Source: an uncultured Trueperaceae bacterium | GTDB taxonomy: Bacteria; Deinococcota; Deinococci; Deinococcales; Trueperaceae | NCBI GenBank assembly: GCA_963799485.1 | Contig: CAWCXJ010000012.1 | Coordinates: 137,172 to 201,171 of the forward strand | Direction: 5' to 3' | Length of the DNA: 64,000 nucleotides | Part shown: in pieces, positions 45,209 through 55,897 of the stretch | Layout of the letters: the number at the start of each line of letters is the position of its first letter | Numbering within the stretch: position 1 is the first letter of the stretch | Notes under the pieces: model-generated | What the model was told of the DNA's origin: nothing | Databases searched by the model: none | Seen by the model: the letters and a program-made list of their open reading frames with translations, nothing else | Position numbers and translations under genes: made by a program

Positions 45209-45724
45209 ATGTCACTTTCAGTTGCGGCGCTGAACGCACTTGACGAACCTGAATTTGTCGCCGCGCTCGCGGACGTGTTCGAGCACTCACCGTGGGTCGC
45301 TGCCGGAGCCTACAGCGAGCGTCCGTTCGGGTCGCTGGGCGAACTTCACAGTGCAATGTGTGAGGTCGTGGGGGCGTCGGGTACCGAGGCGCAGCTAGGG
45401 CTTATCCGCGCGCATCCCGACCTCGCGGGCAAAGCGGCGCGCGCCGGAGCGTTGACGGCGGCCTCGAGCTTTGAGCAAGCCGGAGCCGGCTTAGACCGTC
45501 TGACCGGGGCTGAATACAGGCGGTTTCACGCGCTTAACGGTGCGTACCAGGCGCGTTTTGACTTTCCTTTTATCTTGGCGGTCAAAGGCCACACCAAAGA
45601 GAGTGTGCTGGCGGCGTTTGAAGCGCGGCTCCCGAACGCGCCCGAGGCCGAGCGCAAAGCAGCCCTCACCCAAATCTACCAAATCGCACGCTTTCGCCTG
45701 GAGGCGCTGCTAGGAGTTTTATGA
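45209..45724 (+). CDS. uraD: OHCU decarboxylase
   Basis: FEHSPW, AHPDL, EQAGAGL, FDFPFI; AGGAG RBS. Confidence 0.93.
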   Translation: MSLSVAALNALDEPEFVAALADVFEHSPWVAAGAYSERPFGSLGELHSAMCEVVGASGTEAQLGLIRAHPDLAGKAARAGALTAASSFEQAGAGLDRLTGAEYRRFHALNGAYQARFDFPFILAVKGHTKESVLAAFEARLPNAPEAERKAALTQIYQIARFRLEALLGVL

Positions 45725-45771
45725 CCAAGGCGAGACTATGACTAGGGCGGAATTGTGACGAAGGCGAGCTT

Positions 45772-46722
45772 ATGACCAGCGTGAAGATTGCGTCTATCGA
45801 TTACGGCAAGGGCGGTATCGGCTGCTACCGTTTTGCCGCGAAGCCGCTCGTCGTTGCCGCGATTCCCGAATCGGCGTTTACGGGGCGCGGGAACGAGCTT
45901 TTCGGCGTCGAGGTCGACGTGCAGGTGTTGGGTGGCCCTTTTACGGCGGCGTATACAGACGGCGACAACCACAACGTCGTAGCGACGGACACGATGAAAA
46001 ACTTTGTTTTAGCGCAGGCTCTGGCGTTTGAAGGGAGTACCCTCGAGGCGTTTTTAGACTTCCTCGGACGGGCGTTTTTGGCAACTTATACGGATATGAA
46101 GGCGCTCCACGTGACCGGGCGTGAGTTGCGGTTTGAAGGGATGACCGCCCCGGACGGCGACGGCTTTTCCCCCAGCACCGTACTTTTTTCGCGTTCACGC
46201 GACGATTACGGCGCGGCGGAACTTTTGCTCGAGCGTACCCCCGGCGGCGTCGCCCTGACCGACCACGAGTGCGGGCGGCTCGAGTTGCAGCTTCTCAAAA
46301 CGACCGGCAGCTCGTTTGCGAGTTTTGCCCGCGACGCCCACACCACCCTTCCTGAAACTCAAGACCGCCCGCTCTATCTCTACTTGGACGTGTTCTGGCG
46401 TTACGCCGACCCCGCACAAGTGGTTTCCGAAGACACCACCCATTACGTCCCTGCCGAACAGGTGCGCGACCTCGCCGCCACCGTCTTTCACGACTTTAAC
46501 AGCCGTTCGATTCAGCACCTTGTTTACGAAATGGGGACGCGTCTTCTGGCACGCTTTTCCCAACTCGCCGAAGTCCGTTTCGAAGCGCAAAACCGGCTTT
46601 GGGACAAGGCGTTCGAGACCGACAAACCTGCTGAAAAACCTGCGGTGCAGGTACGCACCGACCCGCGTCCCCCTTACGGGCAGATCGGTTTGACGTTGAC
46701 CCGTGATGATGCCGGAAGCTAG
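45772..46722 (+). CDS. pucL: Urate oxidase (uricase)
   Basis: YGK, VATDTMKN, TLPETQDRPL, SIQ. Confidence 0.93.
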   Translation: MTSVKIASIDYGKGGIGCYRFAAKPLVVAAIPESAFTGRGNELFGVEVDVQVLGGPFTAAYTDGDNHNVVATDTMKNFVLAQALAFEGSTLEAFLDFLGRAFLATYTDMKALHVTGRELRFEGMTAPDGDGFSPSTVLFSRSRDDYGAAELLLERTPGGVALTDHECGRLELQLLKTTGSSFASFARDAHTTLPETQDRPLYLYLDVFWRYADPAQVVSEDTTHYVPAEQVRDLAATVFHDFNSRSIQHLVYEMGTRLLARFSQLAEVRFEAQNRLWDKAFETDKPAEKPAVQVRTDPRPPYGQIGLTLTRDDAGS

Positions 46723-47067
46723 ATGAGCGGGCTCAGCACCCATGTTCTCGATACGGCGCGCGGCCTTCCTGCTGCGGGGGTGTCTATGCAGCTCTGGCGA
46801 CTTACCGGGGAAGAGCGTAGTTTGCTGGGGACGTACACCACGAACGAAGATGGACGCGCGACACTCTTGTCCGGTGACGCCTTACAAGTCGGGACATACG
46901 AGCTGATTTTTGCTGTCGGGACGTACTTACGCACTTTTCAGGCTGCGCCCGAACCGGCTTTTTTGGAGGATGTCCCGGTGCGTTTCGGCGTGCCTGACGC
47001 GGGCGCACACTACCACGTGCCGCTCCTCTTGTCGCCCTACAGCTACAGCACCTACCGGGGCAGCTGA
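46723..47067 (+). CDS. uraH: 5-hydroxyisourate hydrolase
   Basis: STHVLD, HYHVPLL, C-terminal YRGS. Confidence 0.96.
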   Translation: MSGLSTHVLDTARGLPAAGVSMQLWRLTGEERSLLGTYTTNEDGRATLLSGDALQVGTYELIFAVGTYLRTFQAAPEPAFLEDVPVRFGVPDAGAHYHVPLLLSPYSYSTYRGS

Positions 47068-47095
47068 GGCCCGGTCTTGTTTATGTTTGAGCTGT

Positions 47096-48424
47096 ATGGC
47101 TGAGCTGGTTGTTCGGGGCGGCTTGCTGGTTTCGCCGGACGGGGTGATGCGAGCTGACCTGGCGGTCGAAGGGGGCGTCGTCGCCCAAGTAGGGGAGGTC
47201 GGAGCGGGCCGCACCGAAATAGACGCCGAAGGGCTCCATATCTTTCCGGGCCTTATCGACGCACATGTGCATTTTAACGAACCGGGCCGGACGCACTGGG
47301 AAGGCTTCGCGTCTGGGAGCGCCGCACTCGCTGCCGGGGGCGCGACGCTCTTTTTCGAGATGCCCTTAAACGCCCACCCGCCGCTCCTGACGCCCGCCGA
47401 ATTTGCCACCAAGCGCGCCGCAGCGGAGCGGTCGTCCGTTACCGATTTTGCCCTCTGGGGCGGCTTGACGCCGGACAATTTGGGCGAGCTGCCGGCGCTC
47501 GCGGCGTGCGGGGTGGTCGGGTTCAAGGCGTTTATGGCGAACAGCGGGATTGACGAATTTCGGGCGGTCGACGACGTTACGTTGCTCGCGGGGATGAGAC
47601 AAGCTGCCGCGCTGGACCTACCCGTCGCCGTTCACGCCGAAAGCGAGAGCTTAACCCAGGCTTTGAGCGCCAAAATTCGCGCGGCAGGCGGGCGGAGCAT
47701 TACAGATTATCTGGCCTCGAGACCCCCTGTCGCCGAACTCGCGGCCATTCAGCGTGCTTTACTTTTCGCTGAAACAACCGGAGCCGACCTGCACATCGTT
47801 CACGTCAGTACGGCGCGGGGTGTGAAGCTTGTGCGTGAGGCCGCCGCGCGGGGCGTCCACGCAACCTGCGAGACCTGCCCACACTATCTGTACTTTTCTG
47901 AGGACGATTTACGGCGTAAAGGCGCGGCGCTCAAATGTGCGCCGCCGCTCCGCTCCGAGGCCGAACGCAGGGCGCTGCTGGGGACGCTGGGTGACCTCGA
48001 GCTGATCGCCTCAGACCACTCGCCCGCGCCACCCGACCTCAAAACCTCAGCCGACCTTTTCGAGGTCTGGGGCGGGATTTCAGGGGTGCAGGCGACACTT
48101 GGCGCGCTGCTGAGTTTGGGCGTTTCACCCGAGCAGCTTGCGCGGTTGACGGCGCGGGGGCCAGCTGAACGGTTCCGTCTGAAGGGTAAAGGGCGGTTAG
48201 AAACCGGTTTCGACGCTGATTTCTCTCTGGTTGACCTGAACGACACGACGACCTTCGACGAAACCACCTTGCTGACGCGTTACAAAGACGGGGCGTACTC
48301 CGGCGAAACGCTTCGGGGCCGCGTCCGGGCCACCTACTTACGCGGTAGAGCTATTTTTGCTGACGGTCGGATTATCGCTGAACCAGCAGGCAAGCTCGTC
48401 ACGCCTGAAAGGATTTCCCATTGA
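47096..48424 (+). CDS. allB: Allantoinase
   Basis: DAHVHFNEPG, EMPLN, KCAPP, SDHSP; operon context. Confidence 0.92.
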   Translation: MAELVVRGGLLVSPDGVMRADLAVEGGVVAQVGEVGAGRTEIDAEGLHIFPGLIDAHVHFNEPGRTHWEGFASGSAALAAGGATLFFEMPLNAHPPLLTPAEFATKRAAAERSSVTDFALWGGLTPDNLGELPALAACGVVGFKAFMANSGIDEFRAVDDVTLLAGMRQAAALDLPVAVHAESESLTQALSAKIRAAGGRSITDYLASRPPVAELAAIQRALLFAETTGADLHIVHVSTARGVKLVREAAARGVHATCETCPHYLYFSEDDLRRKGAALKCAPPLRSEAERRALLGTLGDLELIASDHSPAPPDLKTSADLFEVWGGISGVQATLGALLSLGVSPEQLARLTARGPAERFRLKGKGRLETGFDADFSLVDLNDTTTFDETTLLTRYKDGAYSGETLRGRVRATYLRGRAIFADGRIIAEPAGKLVTPERISH

Positions 48425-49194
48425 CTTTGCCCGCATCGACTTTGCCTGATTTTACGGCGCTCGGTCAGACCCGCACACGGCTCACCGCGTCGCACGCCCT
48501 GATTGCGCCTGACGGACACGTCCGCACGCAGTTGCCGGGGTGGAGAAATACATCTGTCGTCGTTCTCATCTCCGCGCAACTCGGCGCACGTTTTACGCAG
48601 TATCTCGCCCACCTGGAAGCGGGCGGTGAGGCGGCGGCAACAGCCTATGAGCGGTTTGTCTTCGTGGTTTCGGGGAAGGTGGGGCTGGGGCTTTCCGGCA
48701 CCCACACCCTGACAGTGTCCGATTACGTCTATCTACCTGCGGGCGTGCCTGCAACCCTTTACGCCGACGTCCCCGCAACGCTCTGCGTGTTTGAACGCCG
48801 TTATTTGCCGCTACCCGGCGTGTCTGCGCCTGAAATTGTTTTCGGCAACGAACGCGAAACTTTTGGCGAAGCCTTTATGGGTGACGACGGCGTGCATGTC
48901 CGCAAGCTCTTGCCTGAACACCCCGGTTTCGACCTGATGCTCAGCACGATGACCTTTCAACCCGGCAGAAGTTTGCCCTTTGCCGAAACGCACGTGATGG
49001 AACACGGCTTGTTGATGCTCTCGGGCGGTGGTATCTACAAACTCTCCGAAAGCTGGTATCCCGTGACTGAGGGCGACGTGATCTACATGGCCCCGTACTG
49101 CCCGCAGTGGTTCGGGGCGTTAGGCGAGACCGAGGCGAAATACTTACTTTACAAAGACGCGTTCCGCGACCCGTTCGCGCTCTCGGAAGGCTGA
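48421..49194 (+). CDS. allE: (S)-ureidoglycine aminohydrolase (bicupin)
   Basis: ETHVMEHG, MAPYCPQ, YLLYKD. Confidence 0.92.
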   Translation: MTLPASTLPDFTALGQTRTRLTASHALIAPDGHVRTQLPGWRNTSVVVLISAQLGARFTQYLAHLEAGGEAAATAYERFVFVVSGKVGLGLSGTHTLTVSDYVYLPAGVPATLYADVPATLCVFERRYLPLPGVSAPEIVFGNERETFGEAFMGDDGVHVRKLLPEHPGFDLMLSTMTFQPGRSLPFAETHVMEHGLLMLSGGGIYKLSESWYPVTEGDVIYMAPYCPQWFGALGETEAKYLLYKDAFRDPFALSEG

Positions 49195-50426
49195 TGGACG
49201 TCGACGCTGCGCGGTTGACCGAACAGTTAGCGACGCTCGCCGGATTTTCCGACGCGCCTGCTCCGGCAGTGACCCGCGTCGTTTACACCCAGGCCGATTT
49301 GGACGCGAGAGCCTACCTCAAGACCCTGATTGCCGAAGTGGGGCTTTCTATACGTGAAGACGCGCTCGGCAACCTCTTTGCTCGTTGGGAAGGGCAGGGG
49401 CCCACCTTGCCCGCCGTAGCGACAGGTTCGCACATCGACGCGGTTCCGTTTTCCGGGCGTTTCGACGGTACGGTTGGAGTGCTGGGCGGTCTTGAAGCGA
49501 TTCGTGTGCTTAGGAGCTCAGGCTTTCAGCCGCGCCGGAGTCTGGAACTCATCTTGTTTACTGCCGAAGAACCGACGCGCTTCGGGGTAGGGTGTTTCGG
49601 CAGTCGGGCGCTGGCAGGTGTTTTGAGTCCGGACGCGCTCGCCGAGCTTAAAGGGGAAGACGGCTCGAGTGTCCTCGAGGCCGCTCGGCGAGCAGGTTTT
49701 ACCGGAGATTTGAACAAGGTGAAGCTCGAGCCCGGACATTATCACGCTTTTACCGAACTCCACATCGAACAGGGGCCGAGGCTCGCGGCGGCTGGTATTC
49801 CTATCGGAGTGGTAAGTGCAGTGGCGGCCCCTGCAACGCTGCACGTGACCTTAAACGGTTCGGGCGGACACGCGGGCGCGGTGTTGATGCGCGAACGCCG
49901 GGACGCGCTCGTAGCCGGGGCCGAAATCGCGTTAGCGGTCGAGGCGGCGGCACTTGCGACCGGTGCGCCCGATTCCGTTGCGACAGTCGGCATCTTCGAC
50001 GTGCATCCGAGAGCGGTCAACAGTATCGCGGGCCGTGTCTTTCTGACTATAGATGTGCGCGATACCGACCTTGAGCGGCGCGACAAGGTGGTGACGCGAA
50101 TTCAAAAAGATATCTCGGCAATCTCGCGAAAAAGAGGCGTTGAAGCTGCCGTAGAAATCTTAAACGCCGACCCACCCGCGACCTGCGCGTCCGAAATTGT
50201 CGGAGCCGCCCACGCCGCCGCCGAAGCCGAAGGCTTGAGCGCCCAGACACTCGTCAGCCGCGCCTACCACGACACCTTGTTCATGGCCCGCGTGTGTCCG
50301 GTCGGGATGATTTTTATTCCGTCTCAAAACGGTTACAGCCACCGCCCGGACGAGTACAGCAGCCCCGAAGAAATCGTGCAGGGCGTGCGGGTACTGGCGC
50401 GGACGCTGGGGGCGCTGGCAGAGTGA
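49194..50426 (+). CDS. M20 amidohydrolase, ureidoglycolate-amidohydrolase-like
   Basis: GSHID, AEE, ELHIEQG, GHAG, SRAYHD. Confidence 0.85.
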   Translation: MDVDAARLTEQLATLAGFSDAPAPAVTRVVYTQADLDARAYLKTLIAEVGLSIREDALGNLFARWEGQGPTLPAVATGSHIDAVPFSGRFDGTVGVLGGLEAIRVLRSSGFQPRRSLELILFTAEEPTRFGVGCFGSRALAGVLSPDALAELKGEDGSSVLEAARRAGFTGDLNKVKLEPGHYHAFTELHIEQGPRLAAAGIPIGVVSAVAAPATLHVTLNGSGGHAGAVLMRERRDALVAGAEIALAVEAAALATGAPDSVATVGIFDVHPRAVNSIAGRVFLTIDVRDTDLERRDKVVTRIQKDISAISRKRGVEAAVEILNADPPATCASEIVGAAHAAAEAEGLSAQTLVSRAYHDTLFMARVCPVGMIFIPSQNGYSHRPDEYSSPEEIVQGVRVLARTLGALAE

Positions 50427-50946
50427 CGACGATGATGTCGCTCCAGTACGTTCAGGCGGTACGTCAGGAAAGCCGGTCGGTCGCCAAAGGCGGTATTAAA
50501 GCTTTGAGGTTTCAGCACTGTCATTTACGCTGTAATGTTTACGCCATATTATTTACGCCGTAACCGGTTGTTCAGGCCAGAGCAAATTACGACTTCTTTT
50601 TGTGAAAGCTCTCCCGGCGCCTCAGTGACAACACGTCTTGGTGACAACATGCAAGGACAACTAAACCTGCGGCAGCTTTAACGTGACTGACTCTCAAAGC
50701 AGGTGTCGAGGCTAAACGTCTTAGAGCAGATCGGGACCGCGATGACCTCTTCAAACTCCTCGCGACTTTGCGGTTGCCCGACTTTGGTACGCTGCCGTTT
50801 GAACAAGCCCGCCGCAGCGTGCTAGACTACTACGTTGGGTACCGTGACACACTACTTAAGTCAAGCACGGCCTACCAAGTAAGGGGCACAAGGTTGCGTT
50901 CACCCTATTAGATACGCGGCTTTAGCCACCAGAAAGAGGCACAGCT

Positions 50947-51213
50947 ATGATTACCAAAGAGCAAAAAAGCGAAATTTTTACCGAATTTGGCGGTAGCGCC
51001 CAAAATACCGGTTCGACCGAAGTGCAGGTGGCGATGCTGACCACCCGTATCAATCAGCTCAGCCAGCACTTGCAAGCCAACCGCAAAGACCACCACGGTC
51101 GCCGGGGGCTCCTGACGATGGTCGGACGCCGTAAACGACTTTTGAAGTACCTCGAGGCCAAAGACTTCGACGGTTATAAAGCGCTTATTGCCCGTCTGGG
51201 TTTGCGCCGCTAA
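50947..51213 (+). CDS. rpsO: 30S ribosomal protein S15
   Basis: [17 protein letters not shown]. Confidence 0.98.
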   Translation: MITKEQKSEIFTEFGGSAQNTGSTEVQVAMLTTRINQLSQHLQANRKDHHGRRGLLTMVGRRKRLLKYLEAKDFDGYKALIARLGLRR

Positions 51214-51390
51214 CTTGCCTTATCCGCTTACGGAGACGCTACGACAGCCAAACTAAGGCTCAGCCGGGTGAGGTCGCACGCGATTTTGCCCGGTTTTGAG
51301 TTACGCCCTATTTTACGAATTGCACGACTATTCTGCGCGACCGGAACCGCTATTTTGTGACAAAGACTATCCAAAACAAAAGGAGTTTAG

Positions 51391-53577
51391 GTGAATATTC
51401 CAGAAGCTAAACGCTACAGCACCACGCTGGGAGGGCGCGAGCTGGTGCTAGAAACCGGCAAATACGCCAAGCTCGTGTCCGGCAGCGTCACGGTGCGTTA
51501 CGGCGATACGGTCGTGCTCGTGACCGCGCACATGTCGGACTCGGCGGGTACGACCGACTTTTTGCCGCTGACGGTCGAATACGAAGAGCGGCACTACGCC
51601 ATCGGCAAGATTCCGGGGTCGTTTATGAAACGCGAGGGTCGCCCCGGCACCCAAGCCACGCTCAACGCCCGCATCACCGACCGGCAGATTCGGCCTCTCT
51701 TTCCCAAAGGCTTACGCAACGAAGTACAGGTCATCATTACAGTGCTTTCAGCCGACCGGCAAAACGACCCGGCGATGATCGCCGCGATCGGTGCGTCGGC
51801 AGCACTAAGCATCTCAAACATTCCCTGGGACGGGCCGACCGCGTGTATCAGCGTCGGTTATGACGAGGGTCAATACGTCCTCTACCCGACGTTTCAGCAG
51901 CTTGAAGGCTCCGCGCTCGAGCTTACCGTCGCCGCGTCCAGGGACGCCGTGCTGATGGTCGAAGCGAGCGCCGACGAATTACCCGAAGACGTGATGGTCG
52001 GGGCCATCGAGTTTGCCCAGCGCGAGCTGCAACCCGTTTTAGCGCTGATTGAAACCATGAAGCGCGAAGTCGGTCACGAAAAAGCCACCTTCGAGGCGAA
52101 AGCGTCCGTGTCCGACGGAGAAAAAGAGAGCATGTACCAGAGCGCGGTTCACGCCGGGCTTAAAGATGCGCTGCTGACACCCAACAAAAAAGACCGCAGC
52201 GCAGCGACGAAAACGCTCCGCGACACGCTGATCGCCGCACGTGTCCCGGACGCTGACTCCGACGAAGACAAAGCACAGATTGCCCTCTTAAAAGAGGCGT
52301 TTTCAGCGGCGGTGCAACGCGAATCGCGGCGGATGGTGCTAGAAGACCATCTCCGCGCCGACAACCGTAAACCGGACGAGATTCGGCCCATCTGGATCGA
52401 AGCGGGCGTACTGCCCAAAGCGCACGGCTCGGTGGTGTTTACCCGCGGCGAAACGCAGGTTCTAGGCGTCGCCACGCTCGGTACCGGCAAAGACGACCGG
52501 CTGATCGACGACCTTGGCCTCGAGACCAGTGAAACATTCATGCTTCACTACAACTTCCCGCCCTTTTCGACGGGCGAAGTCAAACGGCTCCGGGGTATCT
52601 CGCGGCGTGAACTCGGGCACGGCAACCTGGCAAGACGTGCGCTCGAGCGGATGATTCCCAGCCAGGAAGATTTCGGTTACGTCATCCGGGTCGTCGCGGA
52701 AACCTTGGAGTCCAACGGCTCGTCGTCGATGGCGTCGGTCTGCGCCGCCACCTTGTCGATGATGGACGCGGGCGTTCCGCTCAAAAAACCCGTCGCCGGA
52801 ATTGCGATGGGGCTTATTAAAGAGGGCGACGACTACCAGATTTTGTCCGATATTCTGGGCTCCGAAGACGCCTTGGGCGATATGGACTTCAAGGTGACAG
52901 GCACCCGCGACGGCGTTACGGCCTTGCAGATGGACATCAAGATTCAGGGCATCACCGCCGAGATTATGAAAGCGGCGTTGGCGCAGGCCCGCGTCGGCCG
53001 CACGCACATCTTGAGCATTATGGACGAAACCCTGAGCGCCCCGCGCAGCGAAGTCTCAAAGAACGCGCCGCGGATCGTGTCGGTGCAGATTCCTACCGAA
53101 AAAATCGGCAGTGTGATCGGGCCGGGCGGCAAGCAGATTCGTGAACTCGAGGCGATGGGCGTCCAGATCGACGTGGGCGAAGACGGTCTGATTAAGATCT
53201 ACAGCGAAGACGCGAGCGCCGCCGACGCCGTAAAAACGCAGATCGAAGGGCTGACGGCAACGCCCGAAGTCGGTAAAACCTACGACGGTAAAGTTGTCAA
53301 AGTCGCCGATTTCGGTGCGTTCGTCAATATCTTCCCCGGTACCGACGGACTCTTGCACATCTCACAGGTTGCCGAAGAGCGTGTTCAGAACGTCGAGGAC
53401 TTTCTCAAAGTCGGCGACCAGTTACAGGTCAAAATTGCCGGCATCGACAACCGCGGCAAACTTGATTTGATCCGGCCTGAACTCGAGGGAAAAATTGCGC
53501 CGCGGGCCCCGCGCTCTAGCGCCCCGCGAGGCGACCGTTCAAACGGCAACCGCGACCGCGGTTCACGCCGTCCGTAA
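51391..53577 (+). CDS. pnp: Polyribonucleotide nucleotidyltransferase
   Basis: RNase PH domains (FTRGETQ, ESNGSSSMAS, GDMDFK), KH and S1. Confidence 0.98.
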   Translation: MNIPEAKRYSTTLGGRELVLETGKYAKLVSGSVTVRYGDTVVLVTAHMSDSAGTTDFLPLTVEYEERHYAIGKIPGSFMKREGRPGTQATLNARITDRQIRPLFPKGLRNEVQVIITVLSADRQNDPAMIAAIGASAALSISNIPWDGPTACISVGYDEGQYVLYPTFQQLEGSALELTVAASRDAVLMVEASADELPEDVMVGAIEFAQRELQPVLALIETMKREVGHEKATFEAKASVSDGEKESMYQSAVHAGLKDALLTPNKKDRSAATKTLRDTLIAARVPDADSDEDKAQIALLKEAFSAAVQRESRRMVLEDHLRADNRKPDEIRPIWIEAGVLPKAHGSVVFTRGETQVLGVATLGTGKDDRLIDDLGLETSETFMLHYNFPPFSTGEVKRLRGISRRELGHGNLARRALERMIPSQEDFGYVIRVVAETLESNGSSSMASVCAATLSMMDAGVPLKKPVAGIAMGLIKEGDDYQILSDILGSEDALGDMDFKVTGTRDGVTALQMDIKIQGITAEIMKAALAQARVGRTHILSIMDETLSAPRSEVSKNAPRIVSVQIPTEKIGSVIGPGGKQIRELEAMGVQIDVGEDGLIKIYSEDASAADAVKTQIEGLTATPEVGKTYDGKVVKVADFGAFVNIFPGTDGLLHISQVAEERVQNVEDFLKVGDQLQVKIAGIDNRGKLDLIRPELEGKIAPRAPRSSAPRGDRSNGNRDRGSRRP

Positions 53578-53819
53578 AAAACGCCTGGGCAGCTCTCGGA
53601 GTCTTGTTCCTACAAGCTGCTCGGGCGTCCGCATAACCTTAAACCTGCCGGATACCCAACCGGAGACCGACTTGTAACGCGGTAGGGCCACACCGCCGAA
53701 CAGCTACTATGCTATGGCCGACAAATCAACGAGGCTGCCGTCTCCCCGAACGAGCACGCCTGTCTACCCAAGCACGTACCCAGGGGGCCGTAAACCCTGC
53801 GGCATCCACAAGGAGATTT

Positions 53820-55553
53820 ATGAACCGTCCTCGCAGACGTGAACCCAACAGCAACCGTAACGGCAGCCGAACCGCTGCCCAAGACGGAGACAGAGAAGCA
53901 GACGCGCCTAACAAGGCGCTCCGCATCATCCCGATTGGCGGGATGGGCGAAATCGGCAAAAACATGTTCGCTCTAGAATACGAAGACGAAATCATGCTCA
54001 TCGACGGCGGCCTGGCCTTTCCCGACGCCGACATGCTGGGCGTCGACATTTTAGTCCCCCGTATCGACTGGGTGATCGAAAACGCTGCCCGTATCAAGGG
54101 CTGGGTTTTGACCCACGGTCACGAAGACCATATCGGCGGACTGCCGTATATGATCAAGCTCTTGCCTAAAATTCCGATGTACGGCGCAAAGCTGACGCTC
54201 GGGCTGCTCCGCGGCAAGTTCGACGAGTTTCGCCTCAAAGAGTCCGACGCCGACCTCCGCGAAATCTCGACCGACGAGCGCATCAAGGTGTCGAAATACT
54301 TTACCGTCGATTTTTTCCGGATGACGCACTCGATCCCCGACAATTCGGGGCTGATTATCCACACCCCCATCGGTCGCGTCGTGCATTCAGGCGATTTCAA
54401 ACTCGATTACAACCCCGCCGACGGCAAAACGAGCCACCTGCACAAACTCGCGCAAGCTGGGCAAGAGGGCGTCTTGGCGCTCATTTCGGACTCGACCAAC
54501 GCCGAACGCCCCGGTTATACGCCGAGCGAACGCGACGTGATGATCGCCGTCGATCAGCTTGTTTCCAAAGCCTCCGGGCGCGTCATCGTTACCACCTTCG
54601 CCTCACACGTCCATAGGTTGCAAAACTTTATCCGGGTTGCCGAAACGTACGACCGGCGCGTCGTCGTCGAAGGCCGCTCGATGGTCAAAAACACCCGCAT
54701 CGCCCAAGAACTCGGCTACTTGGAGGTCAAGCACCCGCTGGTGAGTTCCGACGAGATGAACAACTTGGCCGATGATAAGGTGCTGTTTTTATGTACCGGT
54801 TCGCAGGGGCAACCGATGGCGGCGCTCTCTAGGCTCGCGTCAGGTACGCACCGTAAGATCAGCCTCAAACAGGGTGACACTGTGATCTTGTCGTCGAACC
54901 CGATTCCCGGCAACGAAGAGGCGGTCGGGCGCGTCATCAATGAACTTTACGGCAAGGGCGTGTCGGTCTTTTACCCGCCGACCTACCGCGTTCACGCCTC
55001 GGGGCACGCCTCGCAAGAGGAACTCAAGCTGGTTTTGGACCTCACCCGACCCAAGTTCTTTTTGCCGTGGCACGGTGAGGTGCGGCATCAGGTCAACCAT
55101 AAACGGCTGGCCGAACAGATGGCGACGCCACCGCAAAAGACGCTGGTCGCAGAAAACGGCGATATCTTCGAGCTGACCCGGAGCGACCTTAAAAAAGTCG
55201 GACAGATCGACGCGGGCGTTGTTTTAATCGACTCGGTCGGCAAAACCGGCGAAGAGGTCACTGAACCCATCATCCGCGACCGGCAGACGCTCTCGTCAGA
55301 AGGCGTCGTGGTCATTATGGCGCTTGCGGGTAAAAGCCCTTCGGTCGAGGTCATTACCAGGGGCGTCTCGCAAAACCACCGCGAACTCAACGGGGAGATT
55401 GAAAAAATTGCCCTGGAGAGCCTGAAACGCGGCGTCCGCGAAAAACGCACGCTCTCAGACATCCGCGATGACATCTTCTATCCGGTGCGGCGGCACCTGC
55501 GTAAAGCGACGGGCCGCAACCCGCTGATTGTGCCGACGGTGTTGGAGGGCTAG
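53820..55553 (+). CDS. rnj: Ribonuclease J
   Basis: GGMGEIGKN, THGHEDHIG, HASGH; AAGGAG RBS. Confidence 0.96.
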   Translation: MNRPRRREPNSNRNGSRTAAQDGDREADAPNKALRIIPIGGMGEIGKNMFALEYEDEIMLIDGGLAFPDADMLGVDILVPRIDWVIENAARIKGWVLTHGHEDHIGGLPYMIKLLPKIPMYGAKLTLGLLRGKFDEFRLKESDADLREISTDERIKVSKYFTVDFFRMTHSIPDNSGLIIHTPIGRVVHSGDFKLDYNPADGKTSHLHKLAQAGQEGVLALISDSTNAERPGYTPSERDVMIAVDQLVSKASGRVIVTTFASHVHRLQNFIRVAETYDRRVVVEGRSMVKNTRIAQELGYLEVKHPLVSSDEMNNLADDKVLFLCTGSQGQPMAALSRLASGTHRKISLKQGDTVILSSNPIPGNEEAVGRVINELYGKGVSVFYPPTYRVHASGHASQEELKLVLDLTRPKFFLPWHGEVRHQVNHKRLAEQMATPPQKTLVAENGDIFELTRSDLKKVGQIDAGVVLIDSVGKTGEEVTEPIIRDRQTLSSEGVVVIMALAGKSPSVEVITRGVSQNHRELNGEIEKIALESLKRGVREKRTLSDIRDDIFYPVRRHLRKATGRNPLIVPTVLEG

Positions 55554-55582
55554 CTACCTCACCTAACCCGTTTTCATTTATG

Positions 55583-55614
55583 AGAGACACGACTTAGGTT
55601 CTGTCTCTTTTTTT
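55583..55614 (+). terminator. Intrinsic terminator after rnj
   Basis: AGAGACA...TGTCTCT followed by a T-run. Confidence 0.65.
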
Positions 55615-55897
55615 ACGGCTGCTATAAACACAGATTTTCGCAAAGCTTGGCAACAGGTTAAAGTTACGTTGCCCCGGATTTAAGCAAGTCTTCATCGAAC
55701 CTTTAACTTCCCTGAACTTAAGTTTCGCTTAAGCTTTCGTTCTTAAGCTCAGCACATAAAGTTCTAAGAAAGGGAGATCCAGGCCACCGTTAAAGACTGT
55801 TTTGCTCGAGCAACATCCTATTTTACGTCTAAACCCCTGGCTCAAACGGTCTTCACCCTCTCAGCGAAGCGACGCTAAAACGTCGGAAAGGTTCATC

